A stretch of DNA of 64,000 bases from Candidatus Limnocylindrales bacterium. GTDB lineage: Bacteria; Chloroflexota; Limnocylindria; Limnocylindrales; CSP1-4. Positions 18,487 through 27,567 of the stretch are shown here, piece by piece. A program made the translations under genes and the position numbers. Under the pieces are notes generated by a model. It ran no database searches, had not been told where the DNA came from, and saw nothing but the letters and a program-made list of their open reading frames with translations. How positions within the stretch are numbered: position 1 is the stretch's first letter; the number at the start of each line of letters is the position of its first letter. The DNA is taken from the NCBI GenBank assembly GCA_038915815.1, contig JBCLCL010000002.1, positions 33,521-97,520 of the forward strand, given 5' to 3'.

Positions 18487-20613
18487 TCAGTGCGGGATCG
18501 GCAGCGCCGCGTCGAGCAGACCGGCCAGGGAGGCGGCGAAGGTGGCGGTCAGGTGGTGGTCGTCGCGCTGGACGATCATCTCCCCGACCACCGCCTGACA
18601 CGGATCGCCGGGACAGATCGCGTCGGACAGGTCGATCACGGTGGCAGCGGCAGCCTCGGCGGCGATCCGCTCGCGCACGAGTGGCCGGCGACCGAACGCC
18701 TCGATCCGCGCTGTCGCACAGCGGGTGATGTCGGCCAGGTTCTGCGACAGGCAGACCGGCACGTCAACGCGTGACGCCGGGCTATCCCCGACGATCGCGA
18801 TCGCGCCCGGGATCTGGTTCAACAGGCGGGCCATCGCCTCGCCCTGCCTCGTGGGATCGGCGTCGCCCTTGACCTGTGTGGGGAGCCAGCGGTCCGAGGA
18901 AACGATGGTCAGATCGGGCCGCTCGTCGATCAGGCGCTGCACGACGAGCGGCCGCCAGGCCTCGCACTCGGCGTACTGACGCTTGAGGATCGGCGAATAG
19001 ATCGGCAGGTCCACGAACACACATGACGCCTTGGTGAAGACCAGCAGACGCCAGCCGTGAGCCTGCGCGACCGCTTCGACCGCCGGGAACCAGTGCGCCG
19101 CATGGGAATCGCCGACGAGGGCCACGGTGAACGCACCGTTCGGATCGCCGTAGACGCAGTCGGGCGGCTTGCTTCCGCGGAGGCTCATGAAGCATCCGTC
19201 CGGGATGATTCGTTCGCGATCCGAGCGAGCCGTCGCCAGCGCTGGGCGGATCCCGGCGGGTAGCGGCCACGGATCCGGCAGGACCGCCGGATTGGTGGGA
19301 GCGCTCGGGAACAGGGCCACTGGCGAGGCGGTCGGCGCAGCGCTCGGACTGGCACCCGGTTCCGGGGTCGAATGAGCCTGCGTGGCGGTCGGCGCCGGTG
19401 TCGCGGAGGCGCCATCCAGCGACGGAGGCGTGGATCCCACGGGCGTCTGCGCGGCGCTCGCGGGCGCCGGTGATCCGGCAGGGGCACCCGATGGCACGGC
19501 TCCGACCGCCGCGACCCCGACCGCGGCGACCCGGCCGAGGCTGTAGTCGCCGATCCCGATGGCCATGACGGCCACCGCGGTGGCCGTGGTCAGCGCTGTG
19601 GCCAGCACGAGGCGCGGGCGGCGGATCCAGAACTGGCCACGTCTGAACGGTTCCTCGATCAGCCGCCAGCTGATGAAGGCGACCAGCACGGACGCCGCAC
19701 CGAGTGCACATCGAACCGCCAGCGGCAACGCCTCGCCGCTCGCCAGCACCGGGAGGACGAGGATCGGCCAGTGCCACAGGTAAAGCGAATACGAGATGCG
19801 CCCGATGAAGCGGACCGGTGCCAAGGTCAGGAGGGCCTGGACCGGCCCGCCGTGGCCGCCGCCGACGATCAACGCAGCAGCGCCCAGCGTGGGCAACAGG
19901 GCGGCGCTGCCCGGATATGGCGTCGCAAGGTCGATCAGCAGGAACCCCGCCAGGACGAGGCCGACGCCGAACCAGCCGACCGCGACGAGCACGAGACGCG
20001 GAACGCGGACGAACCACCCGGCTGCCACCGCCAGCAGTCCGCCGAGCGCGAGTTCCCAGAGCCGGCTCGGCAGCGAGTAGAAGGCCCACGGCGCGAAGGC
20101 GTCGGTCAGCCAGACGGCGAAGCCGAACGAGCCGGCGGCAAGCGCGCCCATCGTGAGCGCGCGACTCCAGCGAGCCTTGAGCGCGCCGAGAGCGACGATC
20201 ACAAGTGCCGGCCAGACCAGGTAGAACTGTTCCTCGACACCCAGCGACCAGAGGTGACGGAACGGCGAGGGATCGACATCGGCGAAGTAGTCGGTCGACT
20301 CCAGTGCGAAGCGCATGTTCCCGAGTGACAGCGCGGCCGCCGCACCGTCCTGGGCGATCGACGACATCCGGAGCGGCGCGATGGTGAGGGCAGCGACGAC
20401 CATCGTGACCGCGATCGTCGCCAGGACAGCGGGCAGGATCCGGCGCATCCGCCGCGAGTAGAAATGGCGCAGGTCGATCCGACCCGTCTGCTCGTACTCT
20501 CGGAGCAGCAGGCCCGTGATCAGGAAGCCGGAGATCACGAAGAAGATGTCGACGCCGCTGAATCCACCGCCCAGGCTCGGCAGGCCGACGTGGTACCAGA
20601 GGACCGCGAGCAC
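18487..20613 (-). CDS. acyltransferase family 3 membrane protein with C-terminal SGNH hydrolase-like domain (OafA/YrhL type)
   Basis: GVDIFFVISGFLITGLLL, multiple TM helices, SYSLYLWHWP, a Pro/Ala/Ser linker, then an SGNH-like VALVGDSHAAHW. The first canonical start is the GTG at 20613. Conserved EGLRAVAV lies upstream without a canonical start (see findings). Confidence 0.85.
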   Translation of the reverse strand: MLAVLWYHVGLPSLGGGFSGVDIFFVISGFLITGLLLREYEQTGRIDLRHFYSRRMRRILPAVLATIAVTMVVAALTIAPLRMSSIAQDGAAAALSLGNMRFALESTDYFADVDPSPFRHLWSLGVEEQFYLVWPALVIVALGALKARWSRALTMGALAAGSFGFAVWLTDAFAPWAFYSLPSRLWELALGGLLAVAAGWFVRVPRLVLVAVGWFGVGLVLAGFLLIDLATPYPGSAALLPTLGAAALIVGGGHGGPVQALLTLAPVRFIGRISYSLYLWHWPILVLPVLASGEALPLAVRCALGAASVLVAFISWRLIEEPFRRGQFWIRRPRLVLATALTTATAVAVMAIGIGDYSLGRVAAVGVAAVGAVPSGAPAGSPAPASAAQTPVGSTPPSLDGASATPAPTATQAHSTPEPGASPSAAPTASPVALFPSAPTNPAVLPDPWPLPAGIRPALATARSDRERIIPDGCFMSLRGSKPPDCVYGDPNGAFTVALVGDSHAAHWFPAVEAVAQAHGWRLLVFTKASCVFVDLPIYSPILKRQYAECEAWRPLVVQRLIDERPDLTIVSSDRWLPTQVKGDADPTRQGEAMARLLNQIPGAIAIVGDSPASRVDVPVCLSQNLADITRCATARIEAFGRRPLVRERIAAEAAAATVIDLSDAICPGDPCQAVVGEMIVQRDDHHLTATFAASLAGLLDAALPIPH

Positions 20614-20937
20614 CGCGACGGCGCGCAGGCCCTCGACATGCGGGAGGAAGGCTCGATCCGGCTGTGGACTCAGGTCAGGGTCGGAGATGACAAGGAACCT
20701 CGGGGAACGGCCGTACGGCGAATCACGCTGCGTTCATCTGCGGCCGCCGTCTGGCGGCTGGCCGGGCGGGATGAGACGGATCTGACGATCGACGCGTGAT
20801 GCCTCAAACGGCTTGCGACTGAGAACGTGCGCGCTGCAGCGACGGCCTCTGGGCACAACCCTACCGCACCTGTCCAGCCGTGGTCGTCGAGCTCCGAGCA
20901 GATGACGGCTTGCGTGGCGGCCTTCATCATCAGGACC

Positions 20938-21786
20938 ATGAGCCAGGAGCAGGCCTACGAACTGATCGACGTCGGGGGCGGCGCCCGCCTGGAGCGTTTC
21001 GGCGAACGGACGGTCGACCGACCCGATCCGGCGGCACTCGGATCGCGCGGCGATGCCGGCGCCTGGCGGGAGGCCGACCTGCACTTCGATCGCGAGCGAG
21101 GCTGGACGGGGCTCGACACCACCGAGGGCCGATGGAGGATCGAGATCGGGAGACTGACGCTCGAACTCCGCCCCACCGATGCCGGCCAGCTGGGTCTCTT
21201 TCCGGAGCACCTGGCGATGCTGCCGTGGCTGGCAGCCCGGGTGGCCGAGCGGTCGCCGGCGCGGGCCGCGCCGATGGTGCTGAACCTGTTCGCTCACACG
21301 GGCCTGGCGACACTCGCACTGGCGGCGGCGGGGGCGGCCGTGACGCACGTAGACGCCGCGCGGCCGACCGTCGCGTGGGCCCGGCGCAACGCGGAGGCCT
21401 CGGGCCTCGCCGCACGGCCGATCCGCTGGATCGTGGACGACGCGCGCGGGTTCACCCAACGCGAGGTGCGCCGCGGCCGCTTCTATGGCGGGGTCATCCT
21501 CGACCCACCGAGCTATGGCCACGGACCGGGAGCACGCCCCTGGCGCCTTGAGGATGATCTGGCACCGCTCCTGGCCGCCGCCGCACGGGTGCTCGAACCT
21601 GACGGGTTCGTCCTGCTGACAGCGCACACGCCGGGCTTCGATGGCCAGCGGCTCGCCGCCATGCTTGGCCCGGCGCTTGGCCGTGTCGGCACGGCTGTCG
21701 CGCACGGTGAACTGGCGCTCGCGACCGCCGACGGCCGTCGGCTCGAGCTCGGGGCGTTCGCCCGAACGCCCGGCGGCGCATCATGA
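20938..21786 (+). CDS. class I SAM-dependent methyltransferase (RlmI/YwbD-like, no PUA domain)
   Basis: NLFAHTGLATLALAAAGA..VTHVDAARPTVAWARRNA and GGVILDPPSYGHGP are rRNA m5C-methyltransferase-like motifs. The ATG at 20938 gives MSQEQAYELID. The ORF-track start at 20827 adds unlikely sequence. Confidence 0.75.
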   Translation: MSQEQAYELIDVGGGARLERFGERTVDRPDPAALGSRGDAGAWREADLHFDRERGWTGLDTTEGRWRIEIGRLTLELRPTDAGQLGLFPEHLAMLPWLAARVAERSPARAAPMVLNLFAHTGLATLALAAAGAAVTHVDAARPTVAWARRNAEASGLAARPIRWIVDDARGFTQREVRRGRFYGGVILDPPSYGHGPGARPWRLEDDLAPLLAAAARVLEPDGFVLLTAHTPGFDGQRLAAMLGPALGRVGTAVAHGELALATADGRRLELGAFARTPGGAS

Positions 21787-22631
21787 GCCGGATGTCCCCC
21801 GCTGCCACCCTGTTGACCAGTTTCGCCAACCCCAGGGTCCGGGCGGCCACCGCCCTGCGCCAGCGGCGCGAGCGTGATCGGTCGGGCCTGACCCTGGTCG
21901 ACGGCTCCCGCGAGCTGCGTCGTCTCCTCGATGCCGGAGCCGTCGTCGTGGAGGCGTTCGTCTGCGAACAGCTCCTCGCCGGCGCCGACGCCCGTGCTGT
22001 GCTGGATCGGTTCAGGGCGGACGGTACGACGGTCCACTCGACCAGCGAGGAGCTCTTCTCGAGGCTTGCCTTCGGCGAGCGGACGGAAGGCGTCATGGCC
22101 GTCGTCCGGATCCCGTCGGTGGCACTCGACGACCTGCGCCTCCCGGCTGATCCGCTCGTAGCGGTCATCGAGGGCGTCGAGAAACCCGGCAACGTGGGGG
22201 CCGTCCTGCGGTCCGCCGACGGCGCCGGAGCGAGCGCGGTGATCGCGGCCGATGCCCGGACGGACCTGTTCAATCCGAACGCGATCCGGGCCAGTGCCGG
22301 GACCGCCTTCAGCGTCCCGCTCGCCGCCGCGTCCACGGCGGAGACCATCCGCTGGTTGCGCGAACGAGGGTTGCGGATCATGGCGGCCCGTGTGGACGCC
22401 GATCTGCTCTACACGCGGGCTGATCTGACCGGCCCGCTGGCGATCGCCTTCGGTGCAGAGACCCAGGGTCTGACCGAGGCCTGGGCCGACCCGGTCATCC
22501 AGGCTGTGCGGTTGCCGATGCTCGGCGTCGCCGACAGTCTGAACGTGTCGGCCAGCGCCGCCGTCCTCCTCTACGAGGCGCGACGACAGCGCGACGACAG
22601 CGCGGCGAGCCCCCGGCGGCCTGAGGGCTGA
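21783..22631 (+). CDS. TrmH/SpoU family RNA 2'-O-methyltransferase
   Basis: VIEGVEKPGNVGAVLRSADGAGA, NPNAIRASAGT, IAFGAETQGL and VRLPMLGVADSLNVSASAAVLLYE are SpoU motifs 1-3. There is an ATGA overlap with the upstream methyltransferase. Confidence 0.88.
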   Translation: MSRMSPAATLLTSFANPRVRAATALRQRRERDRSGLTLVDGSRELRRLLDAGAVVVEAFVCEQLLAGADARAVLDRFRADGTTVHSTSEELFSRLAFGERTEGVMAVVRIPSVALDDLRLPADPLVAVIEGVEKPGNVGAVLRSADGAGASAVIAADARTDLFNPNAIRASAGTAFSVPLAAASTAETIRWLRERGLRIMAARVDADLLYTRADLTGPLAIAFGAETQGLTEAWADPVIQAVRLPMLGVADSLNVSASAAVLLYEARRQRDDSAASPRRPEG

Positions 22632-22638
22632 CCGGCGA

Positions 22639-24288
22639 CTACGCGTCGAAGACGACCCGCCCGTCCATCACGACGAGGGTGGGGCGAGTCGTCGCCAGTG
22701 CTCCGCCCGGCTCCACCGGCTCGCGCAGGGCCTCGGCCGGGATGACCACCAGGTCCGCCCGCTGTCCGACGGTCAGACGCCCGCGGTCCGACTCGCGGGC
22801 GGCGACGGCCGGGTCCACGCAGGCAGCCCGCAGCGCCCGATCCAGTCGGAGTTCCTCCTCGGGCGCGAAGGGCGGGGTGCCGTCCGGCCAGCGCGGATCC
22901 TCGCGTCGCACGGCGAGGGCGATGCCGGGCCACGGATCGAACGGTTCGACGGGCGCGTCCGTGCCGAACGCGAGGACCGCACCCGTGGCGGCGATCGACG
23001 CCCAGCTGTAGCCGCTCCGCTCGGCGCGCTCGCCCCACAGCAAACGCGCCTGCACGGCATCACTGCCAAGGTGGACGGGCTGGACGCTGGCCGCGATACC
23101 CGTCGCCACGAAGCTGGCACGATCGGCCCGATCCAGGAGCTGGACATGCTCCAGCCGGGGCATCAGTGGGACTCGGGCGACCGTCGGGGCGAGGACGTCG
23201 AGCGCCACACGGACGGCGGCGTCGCCGATGGCGTGGATCTGGGTCGCGATCCCGGCGTCGGCGGCTCGCTCCGCCAACTCCGCGAGGCGTCCCGGCTCGG
23301 TGATCCAGATCCCGCGCCGGCGTTCTGCCGGCAGCGGGCGGCCTGCCTCGGGTTCGATGTCAGCAAGCAGGGCGGCGGTGCGCGACCCGAGCGAGCCATC
23401 GGCGAAGCACTTCTGCCAGCCGATCCGGGCCCGTCCGTCCGGGTCCGCGCCGAGCGGAGCGCCGCTGCGCAGGCCGCGGGCGATGGCCGTCTCCAGCGCC
23501 TCGTCTCGCAGCGAAGCATGGACCCGAAGCGGAAGACGCCCGGTTTCCGACAGGTGCGCGTAGGCCGGGAACGACCAGTCGAGGTCGGGGTCGGGCGCCA
23601 GCCCACCCGGATCGTGGACGGCCACGATACCGAGCGACAGCAGCTCCGCCCCGACCGCCTCGAGTCCGGCTTCTAGGCTTGCCATCGAGGGCGCCGGCAG
23701 GTGGATCGTCACCAGCCGTGAGGCGGCCTCGTAGAGGACCCCTTCGGGCTCGCCGTCGGCGTCCCGTCTGACCATCCCCCCGGGCGGATCCGGGGTTTCG
23801 CGATCCAGCCCGCCGGCCCTCAGCGCAGCACGGCTGGCCAGGAGGGCGTGGTGATCGTGGGCCCAGATCGCGCAGCGACGGCCCGGGGCCGCCCTTTCCA
23901 GGTCCGCCGCCGTCGGCCAGCGACCCCAGCGGTCGGGATCCCAGCCGTGCCCTTCCAGCCAGGCGTCGGGATCGATCAGCCTCCCGTGCGCAGCCCGGAT
24001 CCTGGCCAGGCCATCGTCCAGCGTTGGCGCATCGGTCAGGTCCACCTGGTCACGCACCACCGCGCATCGGGCCAGATGGATGTGCGCGTCGGTCAATCCG
24101 GGGATCGCGACCTGGCCCGGCTCGAGATCGATCCGGACAGTGTGCGAATCGGCTCGCGTCGCGAGGTCCACCTCGCTCCCGGCGAATGCGACCCGGCCGC
24201 CGCGGATCCCGATGGCCTCCACCCAGCCGAAGCCCGCCGCGCCGGCGAGCGTGGCGATCCGCCCGGTGATGAGGGCATCGAGCGGCAC
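22639..24288 (-). CDS. amidohydrolase family protein (YtcJ-like, Amidohydro_3)
   Basis: ALITGRIATL...IGIRGGRVAFAG...PGLTDAHIHLA..., HAIGDAAV and AFGTDAPVEP. The GTG at 24288 abuts the MFS stop. The 24519 ORF-track start adds a PARPARPAR low-complexity head encoded by a 9-bp repeat that is better read as the MFS tail. Confidence 0.85.
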   Translation of the reverse strand: MPLDALITGRIATLAGAAGFGWVEAIGIRGGRVAFAGSEVDLATRADSHTVRIDLEPGQVAIPGLTDAHIHLARCAVVRDQVDLTDAPTLDDGLARIRAAHGRLIDPDAWLEGHGWDPDRWGRWPTAADLERAAPGRRCAIWAHDHHALLASRAALRAGGLDRETPDPPGGMVRRDADGEPEGVLYEAASRLVTIHLPAPSMASLEAGLEAVGAELLSLGIVAVHDPGGLAPDPDLDWSFPAYAHLSETGRLPLRVHASLRDEALETAIARGLRSGAPLGADPDGRARIGWQKCFADGSLGSRTAALLADIEPEAGRPLPAERRRGIWITEPGRLAELAERAADAGIATQIHAIGDAAVRVALDVLAPTVARVPLMPRLEHVQLLDRADRASFVATGIAASVQPVHLGSDAVQARLLWGERAERSGYSWASIAATGAVLAFGTDAPVEPFDPWPGIALAVRREDPRWPDGTPPFAPEEELRLDRALRAACVDPAVAARESDRGRLTVGQRADLVVIPAEALREPVEPGGALATTRPTLVVMDGRVVFDA

Positions 24289-24289
24289 G

Positions 24290-25840
24290 TCAATCCCGAT
24301 CGGACGGATCGGCCGGGCCGGGCGGGCCGGGCGGGCCGGGCGGGCCGGCTGCGCTGGTGGGCTCGGGTTGCTGCTCGACCTCCGTTCCGCGCGTGCCGGG
24401 CGGCGGTGGCGTCGCGACCGCCTCAGCGGACTCGCTCCAGCTGGGTCGATCGGCCCCGAGGGCCGCGGCGATCGGATCAACGGCGTGCGGGTCCGCGGCG
24501 GTTCGTGCGTCCGAGGCAAGCGGCCCCCGGGTCAGCAACGACGCGAGCCCCGCGAGGAGGACCCCGAGCGCGACGACGAAGATCACGGTCGTGGTCCCGA
24601 TCAGGTCGGAGATCGGTCCGACGATGATGATCGGCAGGAAGCTCGCCACCGAGACGAGCATGTTCAGGACGCCGAACACTCGCCCGCGTACGTCGGCCGG
24701 CAGGTCCTCCTGCAGCTGCGTCTGCGCAGGGATGGCCACCAACCCATAGGCGATGCCGGCGAAGAATGCGATCACCACGACGATCGCCAGGAGCGAAGTC
24801 AGCGCCGTGAGGTCCAGGCCACCGGGGCTGTCGGCGCGCTGCAGCAGCCGGCTGATCGGGCCCGCCACGGAGAGTGCCGCCAGCAGGGCTCCGAGCGCGA
24901 TCAGTCCACCCTCGATGACTCGCCGCCGGTGCAGGTAGCGACCGTAGGCGTTGAGCAGCAGGATCCCGGTCACGATCCCGAATCCGAGGGGCAGGACGAC
25001 GACGGTGAAGTCCTTCGCATCCAGGCCGAGCGCGGATTGGGCGAAGTCGGGGCCGAGGACGCCCAGGACGCCGACCAGCGATGCCGCGATGCCCAGGTAG
25101 AGGAGCGACCAGCCGATCGTCCGGTTGGAACGGATGAAGGCCAGTCCCTCGCGAAGCTGGGCGAACGTGGAGCTGACCGCCCGTTCCGCTTCGCCCACGG
25201 CCAGCAGGCCCGCGTGCGCGACACCTGCCGGCGGGGGTGAGCTCGGCAGCGTGAAGCAGAAGAGCGCGGCCAGCAGATAGAGCCCCGCCACCACCAGGAT
25301 GACGACTTCGGGGTTGGACAGGTTGACCACGAGCGGTCCGAGCAGGGCGAACCCGAGCGCGAACGCGGCATTGAGGGTCAGGGTGAAGATCCCGTTGGCT
25401 GCGAGTAACTGGCGGCGCGGGACGAGGACGGGGATCATCGCGGCCTCGGCGGGGGCGAAGAAGACGGTGATCGTGGAGATCGCCACGTTGAGCAGAAGGA
25501 TCAGCGCGAGGTTCGTTCCCACGAGGAAGAGCGCCACGAACGCCGCGCCGCGCAGGACATTGGTGGCGATCAGGATGAGCCGTCGGTCGATCCGATCGAC
25601 ATAGACCCCGGCGACCGCGGAGAACATCACGGCGGGCACGAGGAAACTCAGGATCAGCAGGCTCACCGCGGTGTTCGACTGGGTCGAGCTGACGACGATG
25701 ACGGTCAGCCCGTAGAGGACCATGTTGCCGCCGATCTGGGTGGTCGCCTGCGAGAGCCAGAGACGCAGGAAGGAAGCGTTGCGGAAGACGGCCAGGCCAC
25801 CCGAGTCGATCGGCTCCGGGGCCGAGGACGCAGCCGTCAC
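24290..25840 (-). CDS. MFS transporter with Pro/Gly-rich C-terminal tail
   Basis: About 12 TM helices. FRNASFLRLWLSQATTQIGGNM and RIDRRLILIATNVLR are MFS_3-like. The GTG at 25840 overlaps the DUF951 stop (GTGA). A GTG at 25849 is also possible. Confidence 0.85.
   Translation of the reverse strand: MTAASSAPEPIDSGGLAVFRNASFLRLWLSQATTQIGGNMVLYGLTVIVVSSTQSNTAVSLLILSFLVPAVMFSAVAGVYVDRIDRRLILIATNVLRGAAFVALFLVGTNLALILLLNVAISTITVFFAPAEAAMIPVLVPRRQLLAANGIFTLTLNAAFALGFALLGPLVVNLSNPEVVILVVAGLYLLAALFCFTLPSSPPPAGVAHAGLLAVGEAERAVSSTFAQLREGLAFIRSNRTIGWSLLYLGIAASLVGVLGVLGPDFAQSALGLDAKDFTVVVLPLGFGIVTGILLLNAYGRYLHRRRVIEGGLIALGALLAALSVAGPISRLLQRADSPGGLDLTALTSLLAIVVVIAFFAGIAYGLVAIPAQTQLQEDLPADVRGRVFGVLNMLVSVASFLPIIIVGPISDLIGTTTVIFVVALGVLLAGLASLLTRGPLASDARTAADPHAVDPIAAALGADRPSWSESAEAVATPPPPGTRGTEVEQQPEPTSAAGPPGPPGPPGPADPSDRD
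24311..24348. repeat. 9-bp tandem repeat CCGGGCGGG, about 3.5 copies
   Basis: Three perfect units lie at 24318-24344 with partial units on both sides. On the minus strand this reads (GPP)n in the MFS frame or (PAR)n in the amidohydrolase-extension frame. Confidence 0.9.
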
Positions 25841-26088
25841 GTGCTCGACTCCGGCGGAGGGCCCTCGACGGCGGCTGTCAGCGCGGCATCGCCGCGCGTG
25901 ACGAATCCAGCGAGCCGGCGCTCGACCAGGCGACGTCCGACCAGGACGTGCCGAGCGCAGGTCTGGCAGCGCAGTCCGATGTCGGCACCCAGGCGATCCA
26001 CCAGCCAGGTGTCGCCACCGCACGGATGCCGGCGCTTGAGGCGGACGACGTCACCGAGGAGCAGCGCGAGGACCGGCGTGTCTGGCAT
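25837..26088 (-). CDS. DUF951 family small protein
   Basis: 83 aa. GDVVRLKRRHPCGGDTWLVDRLGADIGLRCQTCARHVLV matches the DUF951 pattern (K..HPCG...W...R.GAD..L.C..C...V). Confidence 0.75.
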   Translation of the reverse strand: MPDTPVLALLLGDVVRLKRRHPCGGDTWLVDRLGADIGLRCQTCARHVLVGRRLVERRLAGFVTRGDAALTAAVEGPPPESST

Positions 26089-26104
26089 CGGGCGGGTCAG
26101 GGTA

Positions 26105-26779
26105 TCAAAGGCGCGGATGGCCGTGAGCCGGGACGAGATCGCGGGTGGTGGCCGGCAACTCGATCCGATCGACCGGCGTGACGGTCACGGTCACCTCCGG
26201 TTGGGTCGCCGCCAGCTGGGCGATCACACCACCGGAACGGGTCAGCGAGCCGGTCAGCTTGTCGGGCGCTCCGATCGCCGACAGTTCGAAGACCTCGCCG
26301 AGCGGGATCCCGTCGATCGAGGCGGCGCCGGGCCGGCCGGTGACCACCACGCCGGTCACGACCCGGGCACCGCTGGCCCCGATCGCCTCGGCTCCGGCGT
26401 TGCGCAGCTCGTTGAGCAGCTCCTCCACCCCCGAACCGTCGATCGGACCGCTGATCGAGATGGTCACGCCCGGACCCCCGACCGGGTCAAGCCCGGCATA
26501 CGCCCGAACTCGCCGCAGATCGGCGCGCAGCTCGTCCACGGAGGCCTCGCCGCGTGCCCGGTTCTGGTTGAGTGCGGCGAGCTCGACCTCCAGTGACGAG
26601 ACTTCGCGACGCAGCTGGTCGTTGCGAGCATTGAGGTTGGCGACCAGGACGGTCAGGTCCTGGGACGACAGCTGGGCAAGGCCGGCTCCGCCCGCCTGGG
26701 CGCGCAGCTGGACGACGATCAGCAGCCCGAGCGCAAGGGCGACCGCGGCCATCGCCAGCTGACTCCGGGTCCGGTGCAC
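26105..26779 (-). CDS. DUF881 domain protein (paralog 1)
   Basis: An N-terminal TM helix, a coiled-coil, then AGLDPVGGPGVTISISGP...ELRNAGAEAI and VITSIG-like SAIGAP. This is DUF881 architecture. Confidence 0.8.
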   Translation of the reverse strand: MHRTRSQLAMAAVALALGLLIVVQLRAQAGGAGLAQLSSQDLTVLVANLNARNDQLRREVSSLEVELAALNQNRARGEASVDELRADLRRVRAYAGLDPVGGPGVTISISGPIDGSGVEELLNELRNAGAEAIGASGARVVTGVVVTGRPGAASIDGIPLGEVFELSAIGAPDKLTGSLTRSGGVIAQLAATQPEVTVTVTPVDRIELPATTRDLVPAHGHPRL

Positions 26780-26781
26780 GG

Positions 26782-27567
26782 CTAGCCTCCCGGGCTCGTG
26801 TCGAGGGCGCCTGCGGGAGCCGCCGAGGGCGACGCCAGCGGGCGTGAGTAGCGCAGGGTGACCGTCCCGGCGAAGGCCGGCATGTCGATCGAGTCCGGCT
26901 CGGCGAACGAGAGGCGGATCCCGTAGGTTTCGGCTCGCGTACGTACGAAGTCGATGAAGCCCGGTGAGTGGCTGAGGCGGTCGTAGAGGTCGGCCGCGCC
27001 GAGCGCCGTCACCTGGTACGGCGGCGCGAGATACGCGGAATTGACCAGGAGCGAGGCCCCGATGTCGATGATCGCCGTGGTCGGTGTGACGCGTTCACCG
27101 TTGATCGCGATGGCCTCTGCGCCGGCGGCCCACAGCTCTTCGACGACGGACCGGATGTCCCGTGAACCCACGAGGTAGTCAGCCTGGCTGTCTCCGGGCG
27201 GCACGACCGCCTGCGAATCGTCGAGCTGGAGGACGATGCCGGTCCCGGTCAACGGGATCAACCCGGCCGCGATGCGCGCCTCCTCGAGCTGGGCGTTGAG
27301 CTGTCTGACCAGGTCGGCCGATCCGGAGCCCTGGCCCTCGACGCCCTGGATATCCTCGCGCAACTGGAGGATCCGTCCCTTGAGCTCATCCTGTCGCGCC
27401 TGGAGTTCCGTGGCTGTCTCCAGCAGCGGCGCCCGCTCCTGGGTCGTGTAGCGGACCCGCGGCCCTTCCGCACCGAGTTGGGCGGCGACCAGGAAGCCGA
27501 GTGCCAGGAGTGCCACGCCCAAGGTGATCTGCCAGCTCGGGATCTCGCGCAGCCGCTTGAGCATCAT
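26782..27567 (-). CDS. DUF881 domain protein (paralog 2)
   Basis: A TM helix, a coiled-coil, AAGLIPLTGTGIVLQLDDS, VVEELWAAGAEAIAINGERV and QVTALGA. There is an ATGA overlap with the upstream peptidase gene. Confidence 0.8.
   Translation of the reverse strand: MMLKRLREIPSWQITLGVALLALGFLVAAQLGAEGPRVRYTTQERAPLLETATELQARQDELKGRILQLREDIQGVEGQGSGSADLVRQLNAQLEEARIAAGLIPLTGTGIVLQLDDSQAVVPPGDSQADYLVGSRDIRSVVEELWAAGAEAIAINGERVTPTTAIIDIGASLLVNSAYLAPPYQVTALGAADLYDRLSHSPGFIDFVRTRAETYGIRLSFAEPDSIDMPAFAGTVTLRYSRPLASPSAAPAGALDTSPGG

Noticed and set aside
24311-24348. Tandem repeats here and at 46662-46712, 15864-15909 and 6789-6869 were checked as possible CRISPR arrays.
   Set aside because: The units are contiguous with no spacers. 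They are only 9-36 bp long with 2-4 copies. No cas genes are present.
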